Source: Desulfobacterales bacterium (lineage in GTDB: Bacteria; Desulfobacterota; Desulfobacteria; Desulfobacterales; Desulfosarcinaceae). Taken from it: a stretch of DNA of 64,000 nucleotides. The notes under the pieces were generated by a model. That model saw only the letters and a program-made list of their open reading frames with translations, was not told the DNA's origin and did no database searches. Shown piece by piece: positions 31,750 to 41,364 of the stretch (positions are counted from its first letter, which is position 1; every line of letters starts with the position of its first letter). Where the stretch lies: NCBI GenBank assembly GCA_016218685.1, contig JACRDD010000023.1:3688-67687 (forward strand), in the 5' to 3' direction. Both the position numbers and the translations under genes were made by a program.

Positions 31750-32649
31750 TCAGGGCGATGGCAGAACGAATCCATCGCCGGGGAAGATAATGCGATTGGG
31801 GATCTCTTGGATGCCGTCGGCGACATCGAAAGCGAGCAGCGTGAAGCCCAAATACTCGCCTGCATCCGGTCGGCCGTTGGCCGGCGCGTTGTCCAGAATG
31901 GCCACCAGACGAAGATCGTCGAGGCCGAAGGGATCTTCGGACACCGCGATGCCGGTATAGATGGCCGTCAGCAGATCGAGGGGGTAGGGCGGGCCATCTT
32001 GCCCCACGACCACGCGCGCCATGCCCACCACATAATCGGTGTCCACGCTACGGGCGGCAAGATCGAGCCCCTGGCTGTGCACCGCATAGACCAGGACGTT
32101 ATCGCCCGCCGCCGGCACGACGCCCAGGTTCTCGGCCATGCGGAACTGGAGCGATGCCTGGTGGTCGTATATTTTTCGGTTGATGGGCAGGTTCCCGCCG
32201 TCGTTCAGGCCTGGCTGCAACTCATAGGCCGCTGAAAAGGTCTGGGCATCGATGTAGAAGCCGACCATGTCGCCCGCATCCAGGGAGGGCAACCCCCCTG
32301 CGTAGTTCATGTCTATGAAGGCCACTATGTTGACGGACTGGCCCGGTGCCAGACCCGGTTCCGTGAGATCCAGGCGGAAGGAGTAGTCGGTCTTGTCGGC
32401 CGAAACCATCAGGACCACATCGGCCAGGGCGGGTGTCGCCAAGGGCCGGTCCGGATCGTCCGGCAACACCGCCACGAGAACCGGTTTGTCCGGGTTTTCG
32501 GTCAACGCCGTTCCCTGGAGGGTGCCGGCCAGGATGATGTCGCTGTTGTCGCCGTCCTGGCCGCAGGCCACGATCATGCACGCCAGCAGGCAGACCCATG
32601 GCCATAGCAGATGCCGGCTTATAGAAAAAACGTTGGGCGACTTCTTCAT
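31750..32649 (-). CDS. Hypothetical lipoprotein with a two-fold internal repeat
   Basis: Lipobox IVAC; two copies of a V-A-x-x-D...DAG(D/E)xxGF motif; overlaps both neighbours. Confidence 0.65.
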   Translation of the reverse strand: MKKSPNVFSISRHLLWPWVCLLACMIVACGQDGDNSDIILAGTLQGTALTENPDKPVLVAVLPDDPDRPLATPALADVVLMVSADKTDYSFRLDLTEPGLAPGQSVNIVAFIDMNYAGGLPSLDAGDMVGFYIDAQTFSAAYELQPGLNDGGNLPINRKIYDHQASLQFRMAENLGVVPAAGDNVLVYAVHSQGLDLAARSVDTDYVVGMARVVVGQDGPPYPLDLLTAIYTGIAVSEDPFGLDDLRLVAILDNAPANGRPDAGEYLGFTLLAFDVADGIQEIPNRIIFPGDGFVLPSP

Positions 32650-34061
32650 ATTTGATACCTGATCTTGAAACTCACGAAATCGTTATTCCGGTAGTGGTAG
32701 AACAGCGGTTCGAACGTCTCGCCGTCCAGATCGCCGTCGATGGCCACATAGGCCAGCGCCAGGGTCCATCCGTTCTGAAAATCCAAGGTCAGCTCCGGCC
32801 ACTGGAGGGAACCGCTGTGCTGGGTCTCGAACATGGCCGTGTATTTGAACAGCAGGCGGCCGTCCATGAACGTGTCTTGCAGGCGCAGGGTCAACAGATC
32901 GGTGAAGTAGGCGCCGTATAGGTCGTCGTCGGCATAGCGCGCTTGAAACCAGTCCAGGGTGAAGACGGTTTCGCCGCCGTGGTTTTCGAAGATCTTTCCG
33001 GTGGGCACGAAGTAATTGAAGCCCGCGGCGTAGGAGATAAAATCGGACTCGCGGGTGTCGAAAGGAATTTGAACCGTGTCGAGGCCGCTCAAGTCCTGCA
33101 TCACCAGGCTGCGCTTGTTGGGCGAGTAGGCGGCTTCGGCCTGGAAAACGAAATCGCCGACGGTCTTCGAAAAATCCATGCCGAACATGTTCACGATGTG
33201 GTAGCGCGGTTCGATGACTAGCAACAAGGGCTCGTCGGGTGGGAAGGAAACCTGCTCGGGCACCATCACCGGATCGCGGTCCGGGCCGCGATACGCGCTC
33301 AGGGAGAGATCGGTGCCCCACACGGTGGCCGATATCCGGCCGCCGATGCCGGTGTTCTCCCACTGTGTCGGCAAGCTGTCGTCAGACCCGACCCGGGAGG
33401 TGTAGAGCGCGTTGCGCATGTCCAGCGACCAGAAATTGCCGCTGGGCGCGAAAAGCGTGGGAACGTGGGCGAAAGAGAAGACCAGCTCCGTGGTAAAACG
33501 GTCGTGAAAGTACATGCCCGAAAGGGAGGGCACCCCCTGCTTGAACTGATCGTCGTCGCGCAGCAGGAACTCGCGGAAGTCGTAGGGGTTGAAATAGGCC
33601 GTTGGATTCAGCACATCGGCGGTGCCCCATTTGTACAACTGATTGCCCAGGCGCAGCCGGAAGGGAGAAAACTGGTAATCGAGATAGAGTTCGTTGAAAT
33701 CCGCCTCGTACTCGGTGCCGGAGATTCTCAGGTTGTTGGCGACCTCCGATTCGGCCGCGTAGCGGTAGTCGTAAGGATCATCGTCGCCGCTGAGGTTGGG
33801 GGCATAGTAGAAATCGGATTTCATGAACAGATGCAGATCGTCGCGGCCGTACTTTATTTCCAGGTTGGCGCGAATTTCGTTCTTCTTGACCGCGTCGGCG
33901 AAATCCTGATCCGCATAGGTGTTGACCAGGTTGTCGAGCTCGATAAAGCCGAAGGTTTGCAGCTCGGCCGCCGTTGGCTGTGGCGCGCATAGCATAAGGG
34001 CCGCGGCGAGCCACGGCATGAGTCCCATTCGTCGGCCGGTTGTCTTGCGTTTCGAATCCAT
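32646..34061 (-). CDS. Outer-membrane beta-barrel protein (DUF1302-like)
   Basis: Signal peptide; NELYLDY, RLGNQLYKWGTAD..NPT; C-terminal VSFKIRYQI beta-signal-like strand. Confidence 0.7.
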   Translation of the reverse strand: MDSKRKTTGRRMGLMPWLAAALMLCAPQPTAAELQTFGFIELDNLVNTYADQDFADAVKKNEIRANLEIKYGRDDLHLFMKSDFYYAPNLSGDDDPYDYRYAAESEVANNLRISGTEYEADFNELYLDYQFSPFRLRLGNQLYKWGTADVLNPTAYFNPYDFREFLLRDDDQFKQGVPSLSGMYFHDRFTTELVFSFAHVPTLFAPSGNFWSLDMRNALYTSRVGSDDSLPTQWENTGIGGRISATVWGTDLSLSAYRGPDRDPVMVPEQVSFPPDEPLLLVIEPRYHIVNMFGMDFSKTVGDFVFQAEAAYSPNKRSLVMQDLSGLDTVQIPFDTRESDFISYAAGFNYFVPTGKIFENHGGETVFTLDWFQARYADDDLYGAYFTDLLTLRLQDTFMDGRLLFKYTAMFETQHSGSLQWPELTLDFQNGWTLALAYVAIDGDLDGETFEPLFYHYRNNDFVSFKIRYQI

Positions 34062-34081
34062 CCAGGTCACTCTCTCCGCGT

Positions 34082-36463
34082 TCAGGGCCGCGAATGCGAT
34101 TCGCCGGGGGCGCCGCGGTTCTTCCTTATAAATCGGGCAATGGCGGCCGCCGCGTTCAGGCCGAGGGAGCCGGCCTGGATTTTCGGCTTGAAGATCATGA
34201 TCAGGGCCGGCAGGAGCAGCAAGTCCCCGAGCAGCGCCAACGCCAGGGACAGGGCCGTCAGGCTGCCGAAGGCGCGCACCGGCAGCACGCTGCCGGCCAG
34301 AAAGGTCGAAAAAGCGATGCACAAAATGAGGGCCGTGGCCAGGATCTCCTTGCCGGTGTTTTTGTAGGAGGCCATGAGGGCTTCCCGGGTCTGCATCCCG
34401 GCCAGGCTGTTGCGGCGGAACCACACCATGAAATGGATCGTATCGTCCACCGCGATGCCGATGGTGATGCTGGCAATCATGACCGTGGAGACATCCAGCG
34501 GGATGTCCAAAAAACCCATCAGGCCGAAGGTGCCCAGGATCGGGAAGAGATTGGGCGGCATGCTGATCAGGGTCAATTTCCAATTGCGGCAAACCAGATG
34601 GATCATGAAGAAGATCACCACGAAGGCCGAAGTAAAGCTGTTGAGCAGGCACTCTTTCAGGTTCTGGTCCATGGCGGCGTACAGCGAAGAGCTGCCGGTG
34701 ACCCGGTAGGAGTAGCGGCCGCCGCCTGCGCGGGGCAGGAGGGCGGCCAGATAGCGGTCCAGTTTTTTGCTGCCGCCGATGGGGCCCAGATAGGCGTTGA
34801 AAGAAATGCGGGCTTCCCTGCGGTCGGCCGAAACGACGCGATCGAGGATGTCGGTCTCGGCCAGTTCATAGTAATCCAGAATGTCGCCGGCATCGGCCGG
34901 GATGACATAAAAGGCCTCCTGGTTTTGATTGAAGGCGCGGTGCATCTCCTTGAAATAGTCGGCAATGGAGAAAAAAGAGGTGTAGGCCCCGCTGAAATCT
35001 CTCTGTAAAGCGGATTGAATCGAAACCAGCAGCTTAAGGCTTTCGGGATGGGTGAAATCGTATTCCGGCGCCTCGGACCGGATCAGCAGGGCCACCGGCA
35101 CCGTGCCGAACAAGTTTTTTTCGATGAAGCGGATGCCTTGCTTGACCTTGTTGTCCTCATCGAGATGGTTCGCAAAATTGGTTTCATATCGAATGCGAAA
35201 GGCGCCGATGACGGCCACCGTCATGACGATGGCGAACACGATCATCACCTTCCACGAATGGCGAATGGTCAGTTGCCGGATAATGTCGACGCCGTGGTTG
35301 ATATCCCAGCCCAACCGCGGCGGGTCCTGGGAGGTATGGGCGGCCCCCGCCTTGACCGGCTTGCCGCCAAACAGGACCACCAGGGCGGGCAGCACCAGGA
35401 TGGCCATTAAAAAAGCGAGCATGGCGCCGATGGCGGCGAAGATGCCGAGGGTGCGCAACGGACCGATGGGCGTGGTGATGAAAGAGATGAAGCCCACGGC
35501 CGTCGTCAGGCTCGTAAAAAGGCAGGGAAACCAGAGATTGGCGATGGTTTCGCGGATCGCTTGCAATCGGCTTTCGCCCGCCTTGTACAGCGTATTGAAA
35601 TGCATCAGGATGTGGATGGTGGCGGTCATGGAGGCGGTGAGCAGCATGGGCGGCATGACCACCGTGACCATGTTGAAACGGTGGCCGGTCCAGACGAAAA
35701 GCCCCACCATCCAGACCAGGGTGATGAACAGGTTCACGATGCACAGCAGCGACAGGGAGAGTCTTTTGATGGACAAGAGCGCCATGATGAAGATCAGCCC
35801 GATGACGATGGGGGTGAATACCTTGTCGTCCCGTTGGGTCAGCGCATTGATTTCGTACTCCACGAAGGGGGTGCCGGAGAAGTAAAGCCGGGCATCGCCG
35901 CCCACGATCTCTTCCGCCTGGGTGGTGATGCGGTTTAAAATGGCCCCCTTTGTCTCCGCCGAGGCGATGCGCTCCAGTTCCAAAACGATGGCGGTGGTAT
36001 CGCCGGTCTTGGATACCAGCGTTTGGGTGACGAACTCCTTTTGCAGTAAATGTGCCCGTACTGCTTTTAATCCCTCGGCATCCAAAGGGTCTTGGGGAAT
36101 CAGGGGTTCGAAAGCGATCGCATCCCCTTGCCCGACGGCTTCCGTGGCTTCCGTCAGGCTGAAGACCCGCTGGACCCCTTCGGAGGTCTTGGCCATGGAG
36201 GAGATGTCGCGAACCATGCCCAGGATCTTGGCCGTGAAGATATCTTCGGCATGCAAGACGATGATGGCGACTTCCTCGTTGCCGTAGGTCTCCTGGAACT
36301 GCTCGTAGGCGACAATGGCGGGATCGTCGCTGTCGAAATAAAGGCGGACATTGTTGAAGAAGGATTTGTGCAGGAAAAAGTAGCCGAACGGTATCGTCAA
36401 CAGCAGAAGTATAAGGATTGCCGGCCCGGGCCACTTGATGAAGATGTTGAAGAGTCTGTTCAT
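34082..36463 (-). CDS. MMPL/RND family exporter
   Basis: Two MMPL-type halves; FTSLTTAVGF; GIAVDDTIHF; many TM segments. Confidence 0.88.
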   Translation of the reverse strand: MNRLFNIFIKWPGPAILILLLLTIPFGYFFLHKSFFNNVRLYFDSDDPAIVAYEQFQETYGNEEVAIIVLHAEDIFTAKILGMVRDISSMAKTSEGVQRVFSLTEATEAVGQGDAIAFEPLIPQDPLDAEGLKAVRAHLLQKEFVTQTLVSKTGDTTAIVLELERIASAETKGAILNRITTQAEEIVGGDARLYFSGTPFVEYEINALTQRDDKVFTPIVIGLIFIMALLSIKRLSLSLLCIVNLFITLVWMVGLFVWTGHRFNMVTVVMPPMLLTASMTATIHILMHFNTLYKAGESRLQAIRETIANLWFPCLFTSLTTAVGFISFITTPIGPLRTLGIFAAIGAMLAFLMAILVLPALVVLFGGKPVKAGAAHTSQDPPRLGWDINHGVDIIRQLTIRHSWKVMIVFAIVMTVAVIGAFRIRYETNFANHLDEDNKVKQGIRFIEKNLFGTVPVALLIRSEAPEYDFTHPESLKLLVSIQSALQRDFSGAYTSFFSIADYFKEMHRAFNQNQEAFYVIPADAGDILDYYELAETDILDRVVSADRREARISFNAYLGPIGGSKKLDRYLAALLPRAGGGRYSYRVTGSSSLYAAMDQNLKECLLNSFTSAFVVIFFMIHLVCRNWKLTLISMPPNLFPILGTFGLMGFLDIPLDVSTVMIASITIGIAVDDTIHFMVWFRRNSLAGMQTREALMASYKNTGKEILATALILCIAFSTFLAGSVLPVRAFGSLTALSLALALLGDLLLLPALIMIFKPKIQAGSLGLNAAAAIARFIRKNRGAPGESHSRP

Positions 36464-36596
36464 GCAGCCCTCACGGAACGTGGAAGCGGCCTTTTCCAAT
36501 AAACAAGTTTGGATACCGACGTGTCGGTTTCGTTTAGCTGAAATCGCGATCCATCCCAACAGCGGTTTACAAGGTTGCCGCGGCTGCCTATCGAGT

Positions 36597-36610
36597 TGAA
36601 CAATTGTTCA
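36597..36610. promoter_or_regulatory. Putative TetR operator 1
   Basis: Perfect palindrome TGAACAATTGTTCA in the divergent MMPL/tetR intergenic region. Confidence 0.65.
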
Positions 36611-36658
36611 TTTATATTTACCCATATAGGGTAAGCGGAAAGCTTGTCAATCGAAAAT

Positions 36659-36674
36659 ATGAATGTTTGTTCAT
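36659..36674. promoter_or_regulatory. Putative TetR operator 2
   Basis: ATGAATGTTTGTTCAT, the same TGAA-N6-TTCA pattern. Confidence 0.6.
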
Positions 36675-36739
36675 TTAGTGCTTAAACGAGTCGGCTTTTT
36701 TATGGTATGGACAGAAATAAAACACAGGGCGGAAGTTAA

Positions 36740-37342
36740 ATGGCCAAAACCAGAAATCCAATCCAGGAGCGGGGCCTTGACACCAAGCTCCGGATCATAG
36801 AGGCCGGCTTCGCCAGCTTCAGCCGCAAAGGCCTGCACGGCACCAACTCCAGGGAAATCGCCGCGGCGGCCGGCGTCTCCATCGGCACTTTCTACACCTA
36901 TTTCAAGGACAAGCGGCAACTCTTCATCGAACTCATCCAAACCCACTGCGGCAAGATTTTGGAGGTGCTGAACACTTTTCAGGTGGAAAACTACCAGGGC
37001 CAAGAACCGCGCGAGGTGGTCCGCACCCTGATCTGCGCAGTCTGGGCCCTGCACGATTCGGTATATCCGCTAAACCAGAAAGCCATGGCGCTCCGGCAGA
37101 TGGACCCCGAGATCGACCGCATCATCGCCGAACAGGAAGAGGCGATCATGCGGCGGTTGATGCTGGTGCTGCAAGGGGTCCAGGACAAGTTGCGCGTAAG
37201 GGATATGGAGACGGCCGCCTGGCTGGTGGGCTGGATCATCAAGGAGGTGATGTTCTCGGCCCACCGGGCCAACCTCAAGGCCGACAACCCGCAATTGTTG
37301 GACGAGCTGGCCGATCTGGTCTCGCGCTATCTTTTTGCCTGA
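36740..37342 (+). CDS. TetR/AcrR family regulator
   Basis: FSRKGLHGTNSREIAAAAGVSIGTFYTYFKDK HTH. Confidence 0.93.
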   Translation: MAKTRNPIQERGLDTKLRIIEAGFASFSRKGLHGTNSREIAAAAGVSIGTFYTYFKDKRQLFIELIQTHCGKILEVLNTFQVENYQGQEPREVVRTLICAVWALHDSVYPLNQKAMALRQMDPEIDRIIAEQEEAIMRRLMLVLQGVQDKLRVRDMETAAWLVGWIIKEVMFSAHRANLKADNPQLLDELADLVSRYLFA

Positions 37343-37379
37343 ACGTCTTGTTCCGGTCTCGATTCAAAGCGCCAAGGAT

Positions 37380-38369
37380 CTATTTCTGATTTTTTTTAGC
37401 GCGCAGCTCTTGCGCCAGCTCCGGGTAAAGCATTTTTTTGCATTCCGGGCAGATGCCGTGGCTGAAAGTGGCATCGGAGTGCTCCAGCAGGAAGCTTTCG
37501 ATCTGGTTCCAATACCCGCGGTCATCCCGGATCTTCTTGCAGGCAGCGCAAATGGGTAAAAGCCCGCTGAGGACCTTCAGCTCCTTGGTTCGTTCTTTAA
37601 CGTCGGACGCCAGGCGCTGGTTGATTTTTTCGTATTCGGCGACCAAACTCACGAAGTCTCCCACCAGCATGAGCGCCATGGAGACGATCAGGCCGGCGAA
37701 AGAGTATTCGAACATATAGACAAAGGAATAAATCGGAATCCCCACGAAGAAATCGTTCAAGCCGGCCAGATAAAAAAGGATCATGCCGACGACGATGGCC
37801 TCTTTCCTGTCGCTCGACCGCGATCGGAGAAAGTATTTAATCAGCCCGATGTTGCAGACCGTGAAGACCACCAGGGAGAAGAGCAATTGGAGATTGCCGA
37901 TGATGCCGATGCGAACCTCGAAGTAGCGAATATGGATGAACTTGCCGATTTCCACCGATTTTTCGGCGGGTATGGCGGCGGTCAGGGTTAAAGGACCCGG
38001 AAGGGCAAGCATGGCGATGCAGAAAATGAGATTGACGATGGCAATCGTCGGTACGATCTTGCCGGAAAAGTTGCCGCTGAACTTATTATAGAAAAGCGCG
38101 AGGGCGGCGGTAATGAAAGCGATTCCCGCGAACTGCAAGCGCTGCCAGTGGGCCGAGACCGCAAAATCGGTGGAGTTGTATAACCCGATGCATCCGATGT
38201 CATAGACGAAGACCGCAAAACAGACCAGGGAGAAACTGCCGGAGATCTGGAACTTGGCATTTCTGAGATAGATGGAAAGAAACATGAGCCCGACCAGCAT
38301 GCTCAGCGAGGCAAGCACAATTACCGGGATGGAATGATTGACCATAAGGAACTCCGTTTCTTCGGCCAT
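37380..38369 (-). CDS. 7TM-type membrane sensor with C-terminal LPICxxCKKIRDD...SHGICPxC domain
   Basis: About seven hydrophobic segments, then a coiled coil and LSGLLPICAACKKIRDDRGYWNQIE...SHGICPEC. Confidence 0.78.
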   Translation of the reverse strand: MAEETEFLMVNHSIPVIVLASLSMLVGLMFLSIYLRNAKFQISGSFSLVCFAVFVYDIGCIGLYNSTDFAVSAHWQRLQFAGIAFITAALALFYNKFSGNFSGKIVPTIAIVNLIFCIAMLALPGPLTLTAAIPAEKSVEIGKFIHIRYFEVRIGIIGNLQLLFSLVVFTVCNIGLIKYFLRSRSSDRKEAIVVGMILFYLAGLNDFFVGIPIYSFVYMFEYSFAGLIVSMALMLVGDFVSLVAEYEKINQRLASDVKERTKELKVLSGLLPICAACKKIRDDRGYWNQIESFLLEHSDATFSHGICPECKKMLYPELAQELRAKKNQK

Positions 38370-38403
38370 TGTCCTTTTTAAAGGACATGCTTCATAAAAT
38401 ACA

Positions 38404-38430
38404 TTATCGGCGCATCCGAAACAAAATTAA
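38404..38430 (-). promoter_or_regulatory. sigma28 (FliA)-type promoter
   Basis: Minus strand TTAA-N15-GCCGATAA. Confidence 0.7.
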
Positions 38431-38552
38431 ATTTAGCGCGTGGAGGCGGTTGCCGAGCGAACACCGATTCCGCATTGCCCGGCTCAATCAGGTCTGCTAA
38501 CAACCAGCCCAATATGAGCCGAGCCAAGAAAAAGAGCCGATAGGAGGTGAGG

Positions 38553-39116
38553 ATGGTGACCCGCTGTCCCTGGCCGGGGGAAGATGCGCTGATGCAGCGC
38601 TATCACGATGAAGAGTGGGGCGTGCCGGTCCAAGAAGACCGCCGCTGGATGGAATACATCATTCTGGACGCCTTTCAGGCCGGCCTCTCCTGGCGTACCG
38701 TGCTGCACAAGCGGGCGGCCTTCAGGCAGGTCTTCCATGATTTCGATCCCCTGCGCATTGCGCGCATGACGCCAAACGAGATCGAGGCGGCCCGCCAGAA
38801 CCCGGGCATTATCCGCAACCATCTCAAAATCAAGGCGGCCGTGAAGAACGCCGCCTGTTTCCTCGATCTGGCCGAGGGCCACGGAACGTTCAACCGGTTC
38901 ATCTGGTCGTTCACCGGCGGCAAGGTGGTGCGCAACCGTTGGCGGCGGCCCGAAGAGATTCCGGCGGCCACCCCCTTGTCCGATGCCGTCAGCAAGGCCC
39001 TCAAACAAGCCGGTTTTTCATTCGTGGGCAGCACGATCTGCTATGCCTTCCTGCAAGCCGGCGGCATCGTCAACGATCACCTGGTGGGCTGTTTTCGGTA
39101 TAAAGCATTGGGGTAG
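38553..39116 (+). CDS. tag: DNA-3-methyladenine glycosylase I
   Basis: RCPW, YHDEEWGVP, QAGLSW, GIIRN, FVGSTICYAFLQA, NDHLVGC. Confidence 0.93.
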   Translation: MVTRCPWPGEDALMQRYHDEEWGVPVQEDRRWMEYIILDAFQAGLSWRTVLHKRAAFRQVFHDFDPLRIARMTPNEIEAARQNPGIIRNHLKIKAAVKNAACFLDLAEGHGTFNRFIWSFTGGKVVRNRWRRPEEIPAATPLSDAVSKALKQAGFSFVGSTICYAFLQAGGIVNDHLVGCFRYKALG

Positions 39117-39183
39117 CGCCGGCGCACCGCTTGCTCATATCCGCGCTTGCCCCAACCCGTCGACTTGGCTATAAAATGGGTTC

Positions 39184-40875
39184 ATGGAATGCCCATCATG
39201 CCAGGCCGCCAATCCCGCAGGCCAGAGATACTGCGGCACCTGCGGCCACACATTGGAAACGGCCTGCCCGCAATGCCAGGCGAGCAACCCCCCCCATCAC
39301 AAATTTTGCGGCCGGTGCGGCGCCAGCCTGAGCGCGGTGGCCGCCATCACCCTGGCCCGCTCGGGCTTGATCACCCAGGTCAATCCCCAGGCGTTGGCGT
39401 TGTTGGGCTATCAACACGGTGAGATGCAGGGCAAATCCTTCTCGCTGTTCGTGAAACGGCCGGACCTGGTCGTCTTTTTTTCGCACTGGAACGAACTGCT
39501 CAGCAAAGGCGAGACGCAAGCCTTCGAGATCACCTTGAACCACAAGGGGCAGAATAGCATTTGTGTCCGGCTGGCCTGCAGCGTCGATCGCCGGCCGCCC
39601 AAGGCCATCGCAGCGGTCGACCTTGTGCTCACCGAAATTACCGATAGCCGCGCGGCCGCGGCCCAGATGCAAGCCCAGCAAGAGCTGCTCGGCCTGACAT
39701 TCTCCATGGCGAGCAATATCAGTACTGTCGGCGGAATGCATTTGGCGCACGCCATGGAAGAGGCCCTTAAAAAGATATGCCTGTTCACCAACGCGGATCG
39801 GGGTTGCATCCATGGCATCAACCGTTCGTCGAATCGTCTGGAAACGCTCTACGAATGGCGTCATGCGTCGGTATCGTCCCCGGAGGCGGGCAGCGGATCG
39901 AAATCCATTCCCTTTTCGAAGATCAAACAAACGCTCGTGCGGTTGCTCCAGGAGAAAACGGTGGTCGTGGATGATACGGCCCAATTGGCGCCGTCGGAAC
40001 GGGAGGAGTGGCGCGCATGGCTTGCCGACGCCCCCGGGGCGGCCATTGGCCATCTGATCTACTCCGGCACGCTCCCCGTCGGCGTCATTGCCGTGATAAA
40101 GCGGACCGCGGGCGACCCGTGGGCGCCGAACAGCGTGGGGCTGGTTCAGTTTATGGGAAATCTGGTGGCCGATCGCCTGCCCGCCGGGCCGGCGCATGGC
40201 GTCCGACGATCGCAGGCCAATGGGCCCAAAGAGCGTCCGGAAGATGTGATCGACCATGGGTCCCAAGGCACGGTTCCCCACGGGGAATCCAAACCGGCGC
40301 CGGCCGAGCGCACATCGAAGAAACGTGGCCCGGCAGCCTCCCCCATCGCCCGGCCCATGGTGCTCGAAAAGCTCTCCGGTGACCCGGAGCAGGATCGGCA
40401 GCCGGTTTTCCCGCGGGATGACGGCCTGGTGCTGTTGACCTGCCCCGCTTGCGGGATTCTGGCACCGGTGGCCCTCGACCAGTTCGACAAACTGGGCAAC
40501 GCCATCCGCGTGAGCTGTTCCTGCGGGAAGCAATTTACGGCGGTGCTTGAAAAAAGGCGCTTTTTCCGCAAATCGGTCCGCCTGGAAGGCTATTTTTCGT
40601 CGGGTGGCGATTTGGGGCCCATCGGGGCCGAAGGCACGCTGTGGGGCACCATGGTCGTCAAGGATCTCTCCCGGGCCGGCCTCCGGTTTGCGGCGGCCAA
40701 GGCCAGCCTCCTTCATCCCGGGGATCTGGTGATGGTGCGCTTCAACCTCGACAATGCCAACCAGGCCCTGATCCACAAGCCGGCACGCGTGATCGCGATC
40801 ACCAGCCATGGGGTGGGATGCCGTTTCGAAGGGGCCGACAAATATGACATCACCTTGGGTTTCTATTTGATGTAG
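39184..40875 (+). CDS. Double zinc ribbon-PAS-GAF-Zn finger-PilZ protein
   Basis: CPSC/CGTCG/CPQC/CGRCG; PAS-like ITQVNPQALALLGY; GAF-like region; CPACG...CSCG; PilZ motifs RRFFR and DLSRAG. Confidence 0.78.
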   Translation: MECPSCQAANPAGQRYCGTCGHTLETACPQCQASNPPHHKFCGRCGASLSAVAAITLARSGLITQVNPQALALLGYQHGEMQGKSFSLFVKRPDLVVFFSHWNELLSKGETQAFEITLNHKGQNSICVRLACSVDRRPPKAIAAVDLVLTEITDSRAAAAQMQAQQELLGLTFSMASNISTVGGMHLAHAMEEALKKICLFTNADRGCIHGINRSSNRLETLYEWRHASVSSPEAGSGSKSIPFSKIKQTLVRLLQEKTVVVDDTAQLAPSEREEWRAWLADAPGAAIGHLIYSGTLPVGVIAVIKRTAGDPWAPNSVGLVQFMGNLVADRLPAGPAHGVRRSQANGPKERPEDVIDHGSQGTVPHGESKPAPAERTSKKRGPAASPIARPMVLEKLSGDPEQDRQPVFPRDDGLVLLTCPACGILAPVALDQFDKLGNAIRVSCSCGKQFTAVLEKRRFFRKSVRLEGYFSSGGDLGPIGAEGTLWGTMVVKDLSRAGLRFAAAKASLLHPGDLVMVRFNLDNANQALIHKPARVIAITSHGVGCRFEGADKYDITLGFYLM

Positions 40876-40904
40876 TCCTGTTTGATGTAGTTCAGGAGAC
40901 ACGC

Positions 40905-41345
40905 ATGCAACCCACCTGGATCGTTTTTGCTTCTCTGCTGGTAGGCGTGCTGCTCTCCATCTATCTGCCCATGAACAGCATGGTCTCGAAACATCTCGGA
41001 TCGGCCATCACAGCCAACATCACCTTCTTCTTCATGGCCCTGCTCACCTCGCTGGCCATGTTCGCCCTGTGGGGTGAGCAGGCCACGATCAGCCGCCTGC
41101 GCGGCGTGCCGCTCTACCTTTACCTGACCGGTTTCGTGAGCGCCTTCATCGTGCTGGCCACGACCTATCTCATTCCCCAGATCGGGGTGCGCCGCTTTTT
41201 CATCCTGACCATCAGCGGCCAGATTCTGAGCGCCCTGGTGGTGAGTCACTTCGGCCTGCTGCAAACACCCTTGGACCCCATCACCGCCAAGAAGCTGGTG
41301 GGCGCGGCACTGGTGGTCGTCGGCGCGGTCATTTCGATGCTGTAG
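40905..41345 (+). CDS. DMT family transporter (YdcZ-like)
   Basis: Five TM segments; PMNS..SKHLGS, PQIG, GQILSALVVSHFG. Confidence 0.82.
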   Translation: MQPTWIVFASLLVGVLLSIYLPMNSMVSKHLGSAITANITFFFMALLTSLAMFALWGEQATISRLRGVPLYLYLTGFVSAFIVLATTYLIPQIGVRRFFILTISGQILSALVVSHFGLLQTPLDPITAKKLVGAALVVVGAVISML

Positions 41346-41364
41346 GCTTTTGGTCGGGCCACCG

